From Patescibacteria group bacterium (lineage in GTDB: Bacteria > Patescibacteriota > Patescibacteriia > JBDRGY01), in assembly GCA_043817315.1 (NCBI GenBank), contig JBDRGY010000001.1, positions 78,702 to 142,701 on the forward strand: DNA of 64,000 nt, written 5' to 3'. Both the position numbers and the translations under genes were made by a program. This document shows, one piece after another, positions 1 through 7,848 of the stretch (positions are counted from its first letter, which is position 1; every line of letters starts with the position of its first letter). Under the pieces are notes generated by a model. The model did not search any database, was not told the DNA's origin, and saw nothing but the letters and a program-made list of their open reading frames with translations.

Positions 1-2270
1 ACAACCAAGCCAATTATAAATACTGGTTGGCTGGAGCCACTTCGGTCAGTCATTTATCTTATACCGAGAAAAAAAGATTATTGGGTGGCCCAAAATTACC
101 GGCCCTAAGAGGATTTGAGTATTATACTGGTGGTTATTTTGATTTAAGTGTTCCATCTTCGGGCAATATGGAGCTATCTTCTACTAACGAAAGAGACGGA
201 GAAACAGCTTTTCAGTTCGATTGGCGCGATAGACACGGTCAAGATTGGATGACTCCGGTAAAAACTCAATATTGTGGGGATTGCTGGGCCCATGCAACGG
301 TAGGGGGGGTTGAGGCAACAATAAACCTGTATTACAGATGGCCTATTGATAAAGATTTATCAGAGCAGCAATTAGTATCTTGTTCTGATGCCGGAGATTG
401 TTCTGGTGGTACCTTTGATCTAGGTTATGTTGCTGATGAGGGACTCGTTGATGAAGATTGTTTTGCTTATGCCGGTGCCGATGTTCCCTGTGAGCTTTGC
501 ACTGATTGGGAGGCTGAAACCTGGAAGATTAGCGGATTCGGAGTTATTCCCAGAGCAACTTATCAATACAAGAAGAATCTACTTCAAAATGGTCCTTTGG
601 TATTAAATTATCGTGCTTGGGCCCATGTTATGGTTATTGCTGGTTTCGGAGAAATTACAGCAGGTGACTACTATGGTCCTGATGATCATAATAATCCTTT
701 TACCATTCCGGCAGATGATCCCCTGATAGGTAAAACCTACTGGATAATAAAAAACAGCTGGAGTGAAGCTTGGGGAGAAGCTGGTTATGGAAAATTTATC
801 ATTCCCGAGGAGACAATTGATGATGGATGGGCTCATGCAGCTGTTAGCCACACCCCAATTATCCCCCCAGATGATTTTCCTCTTGACCCTGTTTGTACCA
901 ACAGTGATGCCGATGACTATTGCTGGTGGGGAATAAGGCCGGAAAAACCAGATGATTGTCCAGCTTCCTGTACTAGCAATAGCCTGGATTGCAACGATAT
1001 GGATGCTGCAGTCGGGGAATGCCCCGATAACTATATCTGTGGCAACCATTCATATTTACCAAGCGGTGAGCAGACAGCTTTCGGTGACTATGATCAATTC
1101 CTAGATTCAAAATGTTGTGGTGATAATCTAGGTGAATACCAAGTGGGTGCTGTTTGCTGTGATAATGAGTATGATATTGAAAGTTTTACCGAAGGTTATT
1201 ACCATATTGGTCAGTATGGTTCTCAAGGATCAGGTGTAGGACAATTTAATAAGCCTACTTATCTGACCATGGCTAATGATAGAATATTTATTGCCGATTC
1301 TCTAAATCACCGGGTCCAGATTTTGGGTATCAATCCTGACAACAGTTTGAATTACCTTAGCCAATTTGGCAGCCTTGGTTCTTTTGATGGGTGGTTTAAC
1401 GAGCCCAAGGGCGTTGCTGTGACAGATAACAAGATTGTTGTATCTGATTTTCAAAACCATAGAGTTCAAATATTTGAAATAAATTATACAAACAATAGCG
1501 TCAGCTATCTCAATAAATTTGGGAGTTATGGAACTGGGCCCGGTCAGTTTAAAAAGCCCAAAGGTTTAGCCATAGATGAACAGAATAGAATATTTGTAAT
1601 TGATGAAGCTGATGGCAATGATAGAGTGCAGATATTCCAGCTAAATCCTGATGGGACAGTTGATTGGTTGGATCAATTCAATGGATCAACAACCCCTGGT
1701 GGCCAATTTAATTTTCCAGTTGATGTTGCTATTGAAGATGATCTGCTTTATGTGCTAGATAAATCTTATAGTAAAATACAAGTATTTAGGATAGAGGCTG
1801 ATAATTCGCAAACTTATATTACGGCCTTTATACCGCCACTCGGTAGCGAATTAGATTTTCCAAATGCAATTTTTGTTGAAGATAGAATCATCTATGTTTC
1901 TGGAGAGCATTCCAGCCATTTACTAGAGCTTAATAATAGCGACGTTATTGAATATATTGGAGAATTCCCTTATGATTTTGATAAATCCTGGGGTATGGCT
2001 AAAAGAAATGATACCCTGTTTGTTGCTGATGCGGATCTTGGCCGTATGGAAATCTTTCAAAACACTCCTTTTCTACAGTGTGTGGCTGCTTGCGAAGATG
2101 GTACGCTTTATGGACAATGTTCAACCGGAAAACCACTGTTTTGCGAAAACGGTGAATTATTCCACGACTGTGAAGAGTGTGGTTGCCCTACTCTCTATGG
2201 CGTTTGTCAATCAGATGGAACCTGCAAGAAGGAAAAGACTAAAATTTTAATCGAAGACCCACTGGATTAA
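1..2270 (+). CDS. Papain-like (C1A) cysteine peptidase fused to an NHL-repeat beta-propeller and a Cys-rich C-terminal region. The gene is 5'-partial: the reading frame is open to the window start, TTG at 27 is only the first in-window start, and no signal peptide or propeptide is present.
   Basis: Catalytic Cys motif QYCGDCWAH, His motif AWAHVMVIAGFG and Asn motif NSWSEAWGEAGYG match the C1A triad. Four or more NHL repeats follow (NHRVQIL, NHRVQIF, DRVQIF). A 6-Cys tail (CVAACEDG...CGCPTLYGVCQSDGTC) ends the protein. Confidence 0.75.
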   Translation, partial: NQANYKYWLAGATSVSHLSYTEKKRLLGGPKLPALRGFEYYTGGYFDLSVPSSGNMELSSTNERDGETAFQFDWRDRHGQDWMTPVKTQYCGDCWAHATVGGVEATINLYYRWPIDKDLSEQQLVSCSDAGDCSGGTFDLGYVADEGLVDEDCFAYAGADVPCELCTDWEAETWKISGFGVIPRATYQYKKNLLQNGPLVLNYRAWAHVMVIAGFGEITAGDYYGPDDHNNPFTIPADDPLIGKTYWIIKNSWSEAWGEAGYGKFIIPEETIDDGWAHAAVSHTPIIPPDDFPLDPVCTNSDADDYCWWGIRPEKPDDCPASCTSNSLDCNDMDAAVGECPDNYICGNHSYLPSGEQTAFGDYDQFLDSKCCGDNLGEYQVGAVCCDNEYDIESFTEGYYHIGQYGSQGSGVGQFNKPTYLTMANDRIFIADSLNHRVQILGINPDNSLNYLSQFGSLGSFDGWFNEPKGVAVTDNKIVVSDFQNHRVQIFEINYTNNSVSYLNKFGSYGTGPGQFKKPKGLAIDEQNRIFVIDEADGNDRVQIFQLNPDGTVDWLDQFNGSTTPGGQFNFPVDVAIEDDLLYVLDKSYSKIQVFRIEADNSQTYITAFIPPLGSELDFPNAIFVEDRIIYVSGEHSSHLLELNNSDVIEYIGEFPYDFDKSWGMAKRNDTLFVADADLGRMEIFQNTPFLQCVAACEDGTLYGQCSTGKPLFCENGELFHDCEECGCPTLYGVCQSDGTCKKEKTKILIEDPLD

Positions 2271-3206
2271 TTATTTCTTAAAAACTTTCTCAATATCTTT
2301 AATACTTTTTACTTGCACTAATTTCTGGCGTAGCTTGGCGGCTTCAGGAAATCCTTTGGTATACCAGATTAAATGTTTGCGCATTTCAATAAGGCCATGA
2401 CTGCCTTTGGTTTTGAAATTTAAGCGGGCATGTTGCAGCGCCAACCTTTTAATCTCCGGCAAAGTAGGGGAGTGATACTCCTCTTTTTTTAAATACTCTT
2501 TAATTTGTTGAAACAGCCATGGTTTACCTCGAACCCCGCGGGCCAAACCAAGCCCATTACAGCCGGTCTTTTGAAGCATCCCCTCGGCGTCTTCCGGGGT
2601 ATTAATTCCTCCGTTGCCCAAAACCGGGATTTTGACCAACTGTTTTACTTTTTTGATCATCTGATAATCAATTGGGGCATTAAACGGATTGGAAAAAGGA
2701 CGGCCGTGAATCATGATAGCAGCGATTGGTAGATCCATTACCTTTTTAACGAAATCATAGGCAGTTACCTTTTCAATTTGGGAACGTATTTTGATAGAAA
2801 CCGGTAATTTAGTTCCTGATAAAGTTGCTTCAATGATGGCTCGGCATTTGGCAAAGTCTTTCATTAAGGTTACGCCGCCGCCGTGTCGCACTACTTTCCG
2901 GGCCGGGCAACCAAAATTGATGTCGATGCCATCATACCCTTCCTTTTCTAAACGGGCGGCGGCGTCCCCAAAATATTGAGGGCGCTTGCCGAATAATTGT
3001 CCGACAATGGGTTTCTCTGACTGGTCGAACTTAATAAGCTGCAAAGTTTTTTTGGATTTATAATGCAAGGCATCGCAGGAGATCATTTCGGTGTAGACAA
3101 CATCAGCTCCCATCTTTCTACAAAGCTGCCTGAAAGCAGAGTCGGTCAGACCGGCCATAGGTGCCAGAGCTATTATTGGTTTGTTGCTTTTCCAGAAATT
3201 AGTCAT
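2271..3206 (-). CDS. dusB: tRNA-dihydrouridine synthase (DusB family)
   Basis: LAPMAGLTDSAFRQLCRKMGADVVYTEMIS N-terminal signature; catalytic NFGCPARKV; TIM-barrel length of 311 aa. Confidence 0.85.
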   Translation of the reverse strand: MTNFWKSNKPIIALAPMAGLTDSAFRQLCRKMGADVVYTEMISCDALHYKSKKTLQLIKFDQSEKPIVGQLFGKRPQYFGDAAARLEKEGYDGIDINFGCPARKVVRHGGGVTLMKDFAKCRAIIEATLSGTKLPVSIKIRSQIEKVTAYDFVKKVMDLPIAAIMIHGRPFSNPFNAPIDYQMIKKVKQLVKIPVLGNGGINTPEDAEGMLQKTGCNGLGLARGVRGKPWLFQQIKEYLKKEEYHSPTLPEIKRLALQHARLNFKTKGSHGLIEMRKHLIWYTKGFPEAAKLRQKLVQVKSIKDIEKVFKK

Positions 3207-3222
3207 AAATTTAGTCTATCAA

Positions 3223-3250
3223 AAAACAACCTTTATTGTAAGGTTGTTTT
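3223..3250 (-). terminator. Perfect 11-bp inverted repeat (AAAACAACCTT-N6-AAGGTTGTTTT) between the 3261 gene and dusB. On the minus-strand transcript the stem runs into a U-tract, so a partial or bidirectional intrinsic terminator is possible.
   Basis: Perfect hairpin read directly from the sequence. The stem is AU-rich with only 3 GC pairs, so termination would be weak. Confidence 0.3.
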
Positions 3251-3260
3251 AAAAATAGAA

Positions 3261-3908
3261 TTACTGATTGGTCTGTTCGATTTTTGCTATCCGTTTCTCT
3301 ATTGGCTTACGGAATTCATCTGGCATATCTGGATCTAGAGCCAAGCGAATTTTTAATACTGTCATTTCTATATCAACTCTTTCAGGAGCAAATTTTTTTC
3401 TGAAATCATCAGCCCTACCACTAACAGCGGGTTCAACTGGTTTACCCGGATCTGGTAAAAATTCCGCTATTTGGTCCCAGCGACATTTTATTTCATCTAA
3501 TGAAGGGTTGGTAGGCTTAAATTGAATGAAGGTATATTGATCTCCTAGTCCGGGCAGGCCCACTTCATTTCCGTTTTTAATTACAACACCTAGAGCCTCA
3601 ATTTGCTGTTTGATAGACTCATCCAGGGTAAAATAACCATCTATCGATTGACTTTCGCCGTTTTCTCCATAAAAACCAGATGACTGAGTAGCGTATCCCT
3701 TGCGACGGAATTCAAAAACCGCATCTCTGACTTGCGGTTCAATCATCTCACGAAAGCCTCCAGCTAAAATTTCTTCCTCTGAGGGATGCGGGTTACTTTT
3801 AATTCTTTCAGCTGTGGCTAACTCTATTTGTTCATTTACCTCTGCTCTTAATTTGGAAAAAGCTTGTAATCTTTCCTCTTCAGCGCTAGCAAGTCTTTCT
3901 TCTCTCAT
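3261..3908 (-). CDS. Hypothetical acidic protein of 215 aa, with no recognisable family. Its start is 9 nt downstream of the AAA+ gene stop.
   Basis: Long ORF tightly linked to the upstream AAA+ ATPase gene; no motif recognised. Confidence 0.55.
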   Translation of the reverse strand: MREERLASAEEERLQAFSKLRAEVNEQIELATAERIKSNPHPSEEEILAGGFREMIEPQVRDAVFEFRRKGYATQSSGFYGENGESQSIDGYFTLDESIKQQIEALGVVIKNGNEVGLPGLGDQYTFIQFKPTNPSLDEIKCRWDQIAEFLPDPGKPVEPAVSGRADDFRKKFAPERVDIEMTVLKIRLALDPDMPDEFRKPIEKRIAKIEQTNQ

Positions 3909-3917
3909 ACGAAACTA

Positions 3918-4925
3918 TTAAATGTCTTTCTGTACTTTTTCCGGTGCTTGTTCTTCGGGCGCAGTTCGGTCTTCTTTGACTTTTTCCTCGATTTTAACTA
4001 ATTCATTAGTCCAGTCAGAAACTATTTCTTCAATATCCTCAGGCGTAACTTCAGGAGCCGGATTTTCCTTATAATTAGCTGGATCAGTTATGACGTGTAA
4101 GCGTACTTTGGAGCTGGCCTCGTCTATCAAATCGATTGCCTTATCGGGAAAAGATCTATCAGGTAAATATTTATCAGCTAATTCTACTGCTCTTTTTAAC
4201 GTCCAATCTGGCAAGCGAACGTTATGATGTTCTTCGTATTTGGATCTGATGCCGCGTAAGATATCAATAGTTGCATGGGCATCCGGCTCATCTACGATAA
4301 CCGGTTGAAAGCGGCGCTCCAAAGTAGGATCGTTTTCAATATACTTTTTATAATCCTCAGCCGTAGTGGCCCCGACCGCCTGTAGTTGGCCTCTTGATAA
4401 AGCCGGTTTCAAAATATCCGCGGCGTTAATAGCTCCAGTAGCCTCTCCAGCTTCGGCCAAACTATGAATTTCATCGATGAAGATAATAATACTGCCTTGG
4501 GCTCCCACGATTTCATTGACCACATCTTTTAATCTTTTTTCGAATTCGCCTCGATATTTTGTACCAGCCACCAAACCGCTTAAGTCGAGCTGTAGCAGCT
4601 TTTTATCTTTTATAGTTTCTGGTACATCACCTCTGGCGATTTTATTGGCCAGTTCTTCTACAATGGCAGTTTTGCCCACTCCCGAATCGCCAATTAAAAC
4701 AGGATTGTTTTTGGTACGTCTAGTCAAGATCTGAAGCACTCTTTCAATCTCGTGTTTTCGTCCCACCACCGGGTCCAATTTACCTTCTGTTGCTAAAGTA
4801 GTTAAATCTCGGGAATAAGTGGCTAGAATAGAGGAGGAAGTGACCCTGTCTTTGTAGTAACGGGAGGCAAAAAATAAAAGCACCCCCAAAACCGGAATGA
4901 TAATGTATAAGCCTAAATTGTCCAT
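3918..4925 (-). CDS. Membrane-anchored AAA+ ATPase consisting only of a Clp/Hsp100-type D1 nucleotide-binding domain. It has an N-terminal TM helix and no N-domain, middle domain or D2.
   Basis: TM helix [17 protein letters not shown]. Clp D1 signature [40 protein letters not shown] (Walker A), IIFIDEIH (Walker B), RRFQPV, and the D1 small domain ([19 protein letters not shown]). The protein ends after D1. Confidence 0.75.
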   Translation of the reverse strand: MDNLGLYIIIPVLGVLLFFASRYYKDRVTSSSILATYSRDLTTLATEGKLDPVVGRKHEIERVLQILTRRTKNNPVLIGDSGVGKTAIVEELANKIARGDVPETIKDKKLLQLDLSGLVAGTKYRGEFEKRLKDVVNEIVGAQGSIIIFIDEIHSLAEAGEATGAINAADILKPALSRGQLQAVGATTAEDYKKYIENDPTLERRFQPVIVDEPDAHATIDILRGIRSKYEEHHNVRLPDWTLKRAVELADKYLPDRSFPDKAIDLIDEASSKVRLHVITDPANYKENPAPEVTPEDIEEIVSDWTNELVKIEEKVKEDRTAPEEQAPEKVQKDI

Positions 4926-4938
4926 TTTTCTATTTTTT

Positions 4939-5085
4939 TTACTTTACTTGAAGAAATCTGATAGCTGCTGCGATTAAAGCAAGAACGATTGCCGAAGCCG
5001 TAATGATACCGACAATAATAGGAATTTTTACCTTTAAATTTGTTTTTGTCAGGGTGGCTGTTTGTAACTGAGGTTTTTTGTTCAT
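4939..5085 (-). CDS. Candidate small membrane protein of 48 aa ([48 protein letters not shown]), absent from the ORF track.
   Basis: ATG-to-TAA ORF in the 160-nt gap between corA and the AAA+ gene, on the same strand. It contains a clean 22-residue hydrophobic helix. No Shine-Dalgarno site is present. Confidence 0.25.
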   Translation of the reverse strand: MNKKPQLQTATLTKTNLKVKIPIIVGIITASAIVLALIAAAIRFLQVK

Positions 5086-5089
5086 AGTT

Positions 5090-6043
5090 TTAAATCCAAC
5101 GTTTTTTTCTAAAGTAGAGAACCATCATCATAACGATGAAAGCGCTCATACCTATAATAACCCAGAAGTCATAAGGCTGTCCAATGAAAGGCATGTGACG
5201 AGTGTTCATGCCGAAGATGGAAGCGATCAAGGTAATTGGCAGTAATATAACCGAAATCATAGTCAGCAATTTCATTATCTCATTAAGACGATTACTGATA
5301 AGAGATTCGTTAGTTTGCTGTAAGGTTTCTATGGCTTCGCGGAAAGACTCCAGGTTGTCCCAGATGTCTTTATCAAGATTGATAATGTTGTCAAAATGGG
5401 TCTGTAATTTGTTAGGAATTACGTGGTTGGGTTTGCCGTCACGGCGACCTAGTAATTTCTGAATAGTATTCTTATGGGCTTGCATGATTTTTCTGAGGTC
5501 AGCAATGTTTTGGCGGATCAGCAATATCTCACCGACCATCCTACGTTCACTCGCCTGAAAGATGCTCTTTTTAACATTACTAATACCCAAGGAGATATGA
5601 TCTAGCATGGGAAAACAATGTACCAACAGTTTATTGATTACGTGATAGAGCATATGGACCGGACCTTGAGCCAGGCAGGCTTCTTTTTCATCCTGATTGG
5701 TTTGGCAGACATTTAGTAAATCGATTAGAGGAGCCAGCTCGTTGCGATGAACTGTAATCAGATAGTTCTGACCGATAAAAAAATCAACTTCAGATGGATA
5801 AATCTGTCTGTTCTGGCGATTATAAACAGGAAAAAGTAAAATCAAAAAAGCATAACCAGGATACTTTTCTACCTTGGGTCGCTGGGTAGGGGAGAGACAA
5901 TCTTTTAGATCTAATTCCTGGAAACTGAAGTTCTTGGCCAGATATTCCCTCTCCTCTGGGCCAAAATTTACAATATCTATCCAGCGATAGTTATTCAGTT
6001 GGACTTCACGAATATTTTTCATAAATATAAAAGGCGCTAACAA
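5090..6043 (-). CDS. corA: CorA-family Mg2+/Co2+ transporter. The start is TTG at 6043; an in-frame ATG lies at 6022.
   Basis: C-terminal two TM helices with the GMN motif (FGMNTRHMPF) and a long cytoplasmic N-terminal domain. Confidence 0.85.
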   Translation of the reverse strand: MLAPFIFMKNIREVQLNNYRWIDIVNFGPEEREYLAKNFSFQELDLKDCLSPTQRPKVEKYPGYAFLILLFPVYNRQNRQIYPSEVDFFIGQNYLITVHRNELAPLIDLLNVCQTNQDEKEACLAQGPVHMLYHVINKLLVHCFPMLDHISLGISNVKKSIFQASERRMVGEILLIRQNIADLRKIMQAHKNTIQKLLGRRDGKPNHVIPNKLQTHFDNIINLDKDIWDNLESFREAIETLQQTNESLISNRLNEIMKLLTMISVILLPITLIASIFGMNTRHMPFIGQPYDFWVIIGMSAFIVMMMVLYFRKKRWI

Positions 6044-6095
6044 AAGTAATTAGCACCCCATTTATCGTGTATTTCTACACCTTTATTCTATCTAC

Positions 6096-6124
6096 ATTAT
6101 AGCACACTTTAGCAATAATATCAA
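6096..6124 (-). promoter_or_regulatory. Sigma70 promoter for corA: -35 TTGATA, a 17-bp spacer ending in TGc (extended -10), and -10 TATAAT.
   Basis: The minus strand reads TTGATAttattgctaaagtgtgcTATAAT, with -35 at 6119-6124 and -10 at 6096-6101. It sits directly downstream of the lipoprotein terminator and about 50-70 nt upstream of the corA start. Confidence 0.55.
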
Positions 6125-6130
6125 GGTTTG

Positions 6131-6173
6131 AAGTAAATAAAGAGGGGGCGCTGGTAAGTAGCCAGTCGCCCCC
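6131..6173 (-). terminator. Rho-independent terminator of the GC-rich lipoprotein gene.
   Basis: The minus-strand transcript reads GGGGGCGACTGG-ctactta-CCAGCGCCCCC and is followed by UCUUUAUUUACUU. The GC-rich stem is 11-12 bp with one bulge and lies immediately after the stop at 6178. Confidence 0.65.
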
Positions 6174-6177
6174 GTTC

Positions 6178-7125
6178 CTAGTAGTTCTTGGCGCTGTCCA
6201 TGATGAGGACGACCTCGAACTGTTCAGTTCGAGATACTGTCTCGTCAATCACAGGCAAGCCAGTGTCCGGATTCGGAACGATACTTCCGTAACGAATCCA
6301 GAAGGTCATCAGAACCTCGCCCTGTCCGCTGTTCTTCTGCCGAAAGCGGTAGCGTGCGCTGTTATTACGCACCTCTCTGGGTTTCTCTCCACTAATTGAC
6401 CTTTCGATGGAGAGCACCCGCTCATGCTTGAGGGCATCAGGTCGGGGAATGATCTCGAACTCCTGCTCGCGGGTCCCGGCAGAAATAATCCAGTTGGGAC
6501 CCACCTCTACCCAGGTGTTGCGGGTGTGGGGAGCTTTGGCCAGAAGGGGAGAGAAGGGACTGAGTCGCCAGTGCTCGTTGTCGTTGAGCGTCTTGACGAC
6601 TGCGAAGATCCGTTCGATCCGCAGAACCTGCTCGCCACGTATCGGGTGGTTGGTCAGATCACGAGTCACCTGACCCATGGCGATTTCCACATTGACGGCA
6701 TGGATCCCATTGTCTCCGTAGTTACGGATCTCAAAGGGATATTCGTAGTCGCGATTGCGCCGCAACTTCTTGGCCTTGCCTCCGTCGATCCAGACCTTAA
6801 CGTAGAGTACGTCTTCACCGATCTTAGGCCGCGGAGTCACCACGAACCTCTGTCGTTTGACGTCAGCCTTGATCATGTAAAACATGTAGGGAGGCTCAAT
6901 AACCTCCTCGGCTACGGCAAAGGTGTGGTAGGTGTCTCCTTCCTTGGCCGCCAGATTAGACTGGCTGACAAAGGGGTTGACCTTTCGGCCAGGATACCTA
7001 ACCCCGCTGGGATCAGTGTAACGGTCACGCAGTAGCGGACCGCCAAGATTCAGAACAGCGCAGCCTGTGCTGGCAAAAGACGCCAGAATCAGGGCGGCAA
7101 TGGAAAGAACACGAAACAGTTTCAT
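6178..7125 (-). CDS. Secreted probable lipoprotein of 315 aa and unknown function. The gene is compositionally foreign: about 52% GC against about 39% around it, with GC-ending codons.
   Basis: Signal peptide MKLFRVLSIAALILASFASTGC with a Cys in lipobox-like position. Its own promoter, a perfect Shine-Dalgarno site and a GC-rich terminator are present. Codons CTG, GCC, CGC and GGC are used heavily, unlike in neighbouring genes. Confidence 0.7.
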   Translation of the reverse strand: MKLFRVLSIAALILASFASTGCAVLNLGGPLLRDRYTDPSGVRYPGRKVNPFVSQSNLAAKEGDTYHTFAVAEEVIEPPYMFYMIKADVKRQRFVVTPRPKIGEDVLYVKVWIDGGKAKKLRRNRDYEYPFEIRNYGDNGIHAVNVEIAMGQVTRDLTNHPIRGEQVLRIERIFAVVKTLNDNEHWRLSPFSPLLAKAPHTRNTWVEVGPNWIISAGTREQEFEIIPRPDALKHERVLSIERSISGEKPREVRNNSARYRFRQKNSGQGEVLMTFWIRYGSIVPNPDTGLPVIDETVSRTEQFEVVLIMDSAKNY

Positions 7126-7132
7126 GATTAAT

Positions 7133-7202
7133 CCTCCTTAGCTCGTGTTACCTCCACTTCAATCAAACATTGTATACTATCACATTTTTTCCAAAATGTC
7201 AA
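7133..7202 (-). promoter_or_regulatory. Sigma70 promoter plus consensus Shine-Dalgarno site for the lipoprotein gene: TTGACA-17-TAGTAT, with AAGGAGG 7 nt upstream of the ATG.
   Basis: The minus strand reads TTGACAttttggaaaaaatgtgaTAGTAT, with -35 at 7197-7202 and -10 at 7174-7179. The Shine-Dalgarno site is the reverse complement of CCTCCTT at 7133-7139. Confidence 0.6.
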
Positions 7203-7229
7203 TACCCACTAAATCTACAGCATCTCTGA

Positions 7230-7258
7230 TTGACCAATCGGCCAAAAAGTGCTATACT
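7230..7258 (+). promoter_or_regulatory. Sigma70 promoter TTGACC-17-TATACT, divergent from the lipoprotein promoter. It is the likely start of the long operon from 7278 to 28232.
   Basis: ttgaccaatcggccaaaaagtgctatact, with -35 at 7230-7235 and -10 at 7253-7258. The first ATG downstream is at 7278. Confidence 0.55.
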
Positions 7259-7277
7259 TAAAAGGTAAAATTCACAT

Positions 7278-7848
7278 TATGAACAATCAAGACGATATTA
7301 TTTTAGGAGGAGGCGGTCGGGAGCAAAAGGAAATTAATCCTGAAAAGAAAGTAATCCTACCATCGCAAAAAGAGCATCAGCTGGGTGTTAGAGTTGAGGC
7401 TGCTCCAGAAATAGCTACACCGGAACAGAAAGTGGAACAAGAAATCAGCCCGGAGCAAGAAAGGGAATTGGCTAAAGAAGCAGCTAAGCAGGAGGATAAA
7501 GAGAAAATCAGTACTGCCCCAGTACCAACTTCCCCTTCATCAGTTCAGCCAGCCCAACAACAACCCAAGACCGAAATGAGACGCAATATTGAGAAAATCC
7601 TGGCAGAAGATTTGGTGGAGATCTATAATAGTTTAAATGAAGAGGAAAAAAAGGAATTTAAAGCTGAAGGAGAAAGGGTAGCCTCCAAGATTGAGCAGAT
7701 AATGCAGCAAATGAAAATAAAGGCCAAAGAAGTACTAAAGCTGATTCGTGACTGGCTAAAAAAGATCCCAGGTATTAATCGTTTTTTTCTTATTCAAGAA
7801 GCCAAGATAAAAACAGACAGAATCCTGGCTCTAAAAGATAGGCAATAA
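7278..7848 (+). CDS. Hypothetical Glu/Lys-rich protein of 190 aa with a disordered N-terminal half. Its stop overlaps the next start (TAATG). The ORF track extends the gene to a GTG at 7249, which lies inside the promoter.
   Basis: ORF translationally coupled to the ATPase gene. Low-complexity composition rich in E, K, Q and P. No family recognised. Confidence 0.55.

Noticed and set aside
603-1049. 148-aa minus-strand ORF inside the C1A/NHL gene. Similar short antisense ORFs lie at 2505-2732, 3268-3525, 6424-7035 and elsewhere.
   Set aside because: They are antisense to strongly supported coding regions and have no recognisable motifs. The ORF at 6424-7035 owes its length to the high GC of the foreign lipoprotein gene.
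7249-7277. GTG start at 7249 for the first operon gene.
   Set aside because: It lies inside the -10 hexamer of the promoter. The ATG at 7278 is downstream of the predicted transcription start.
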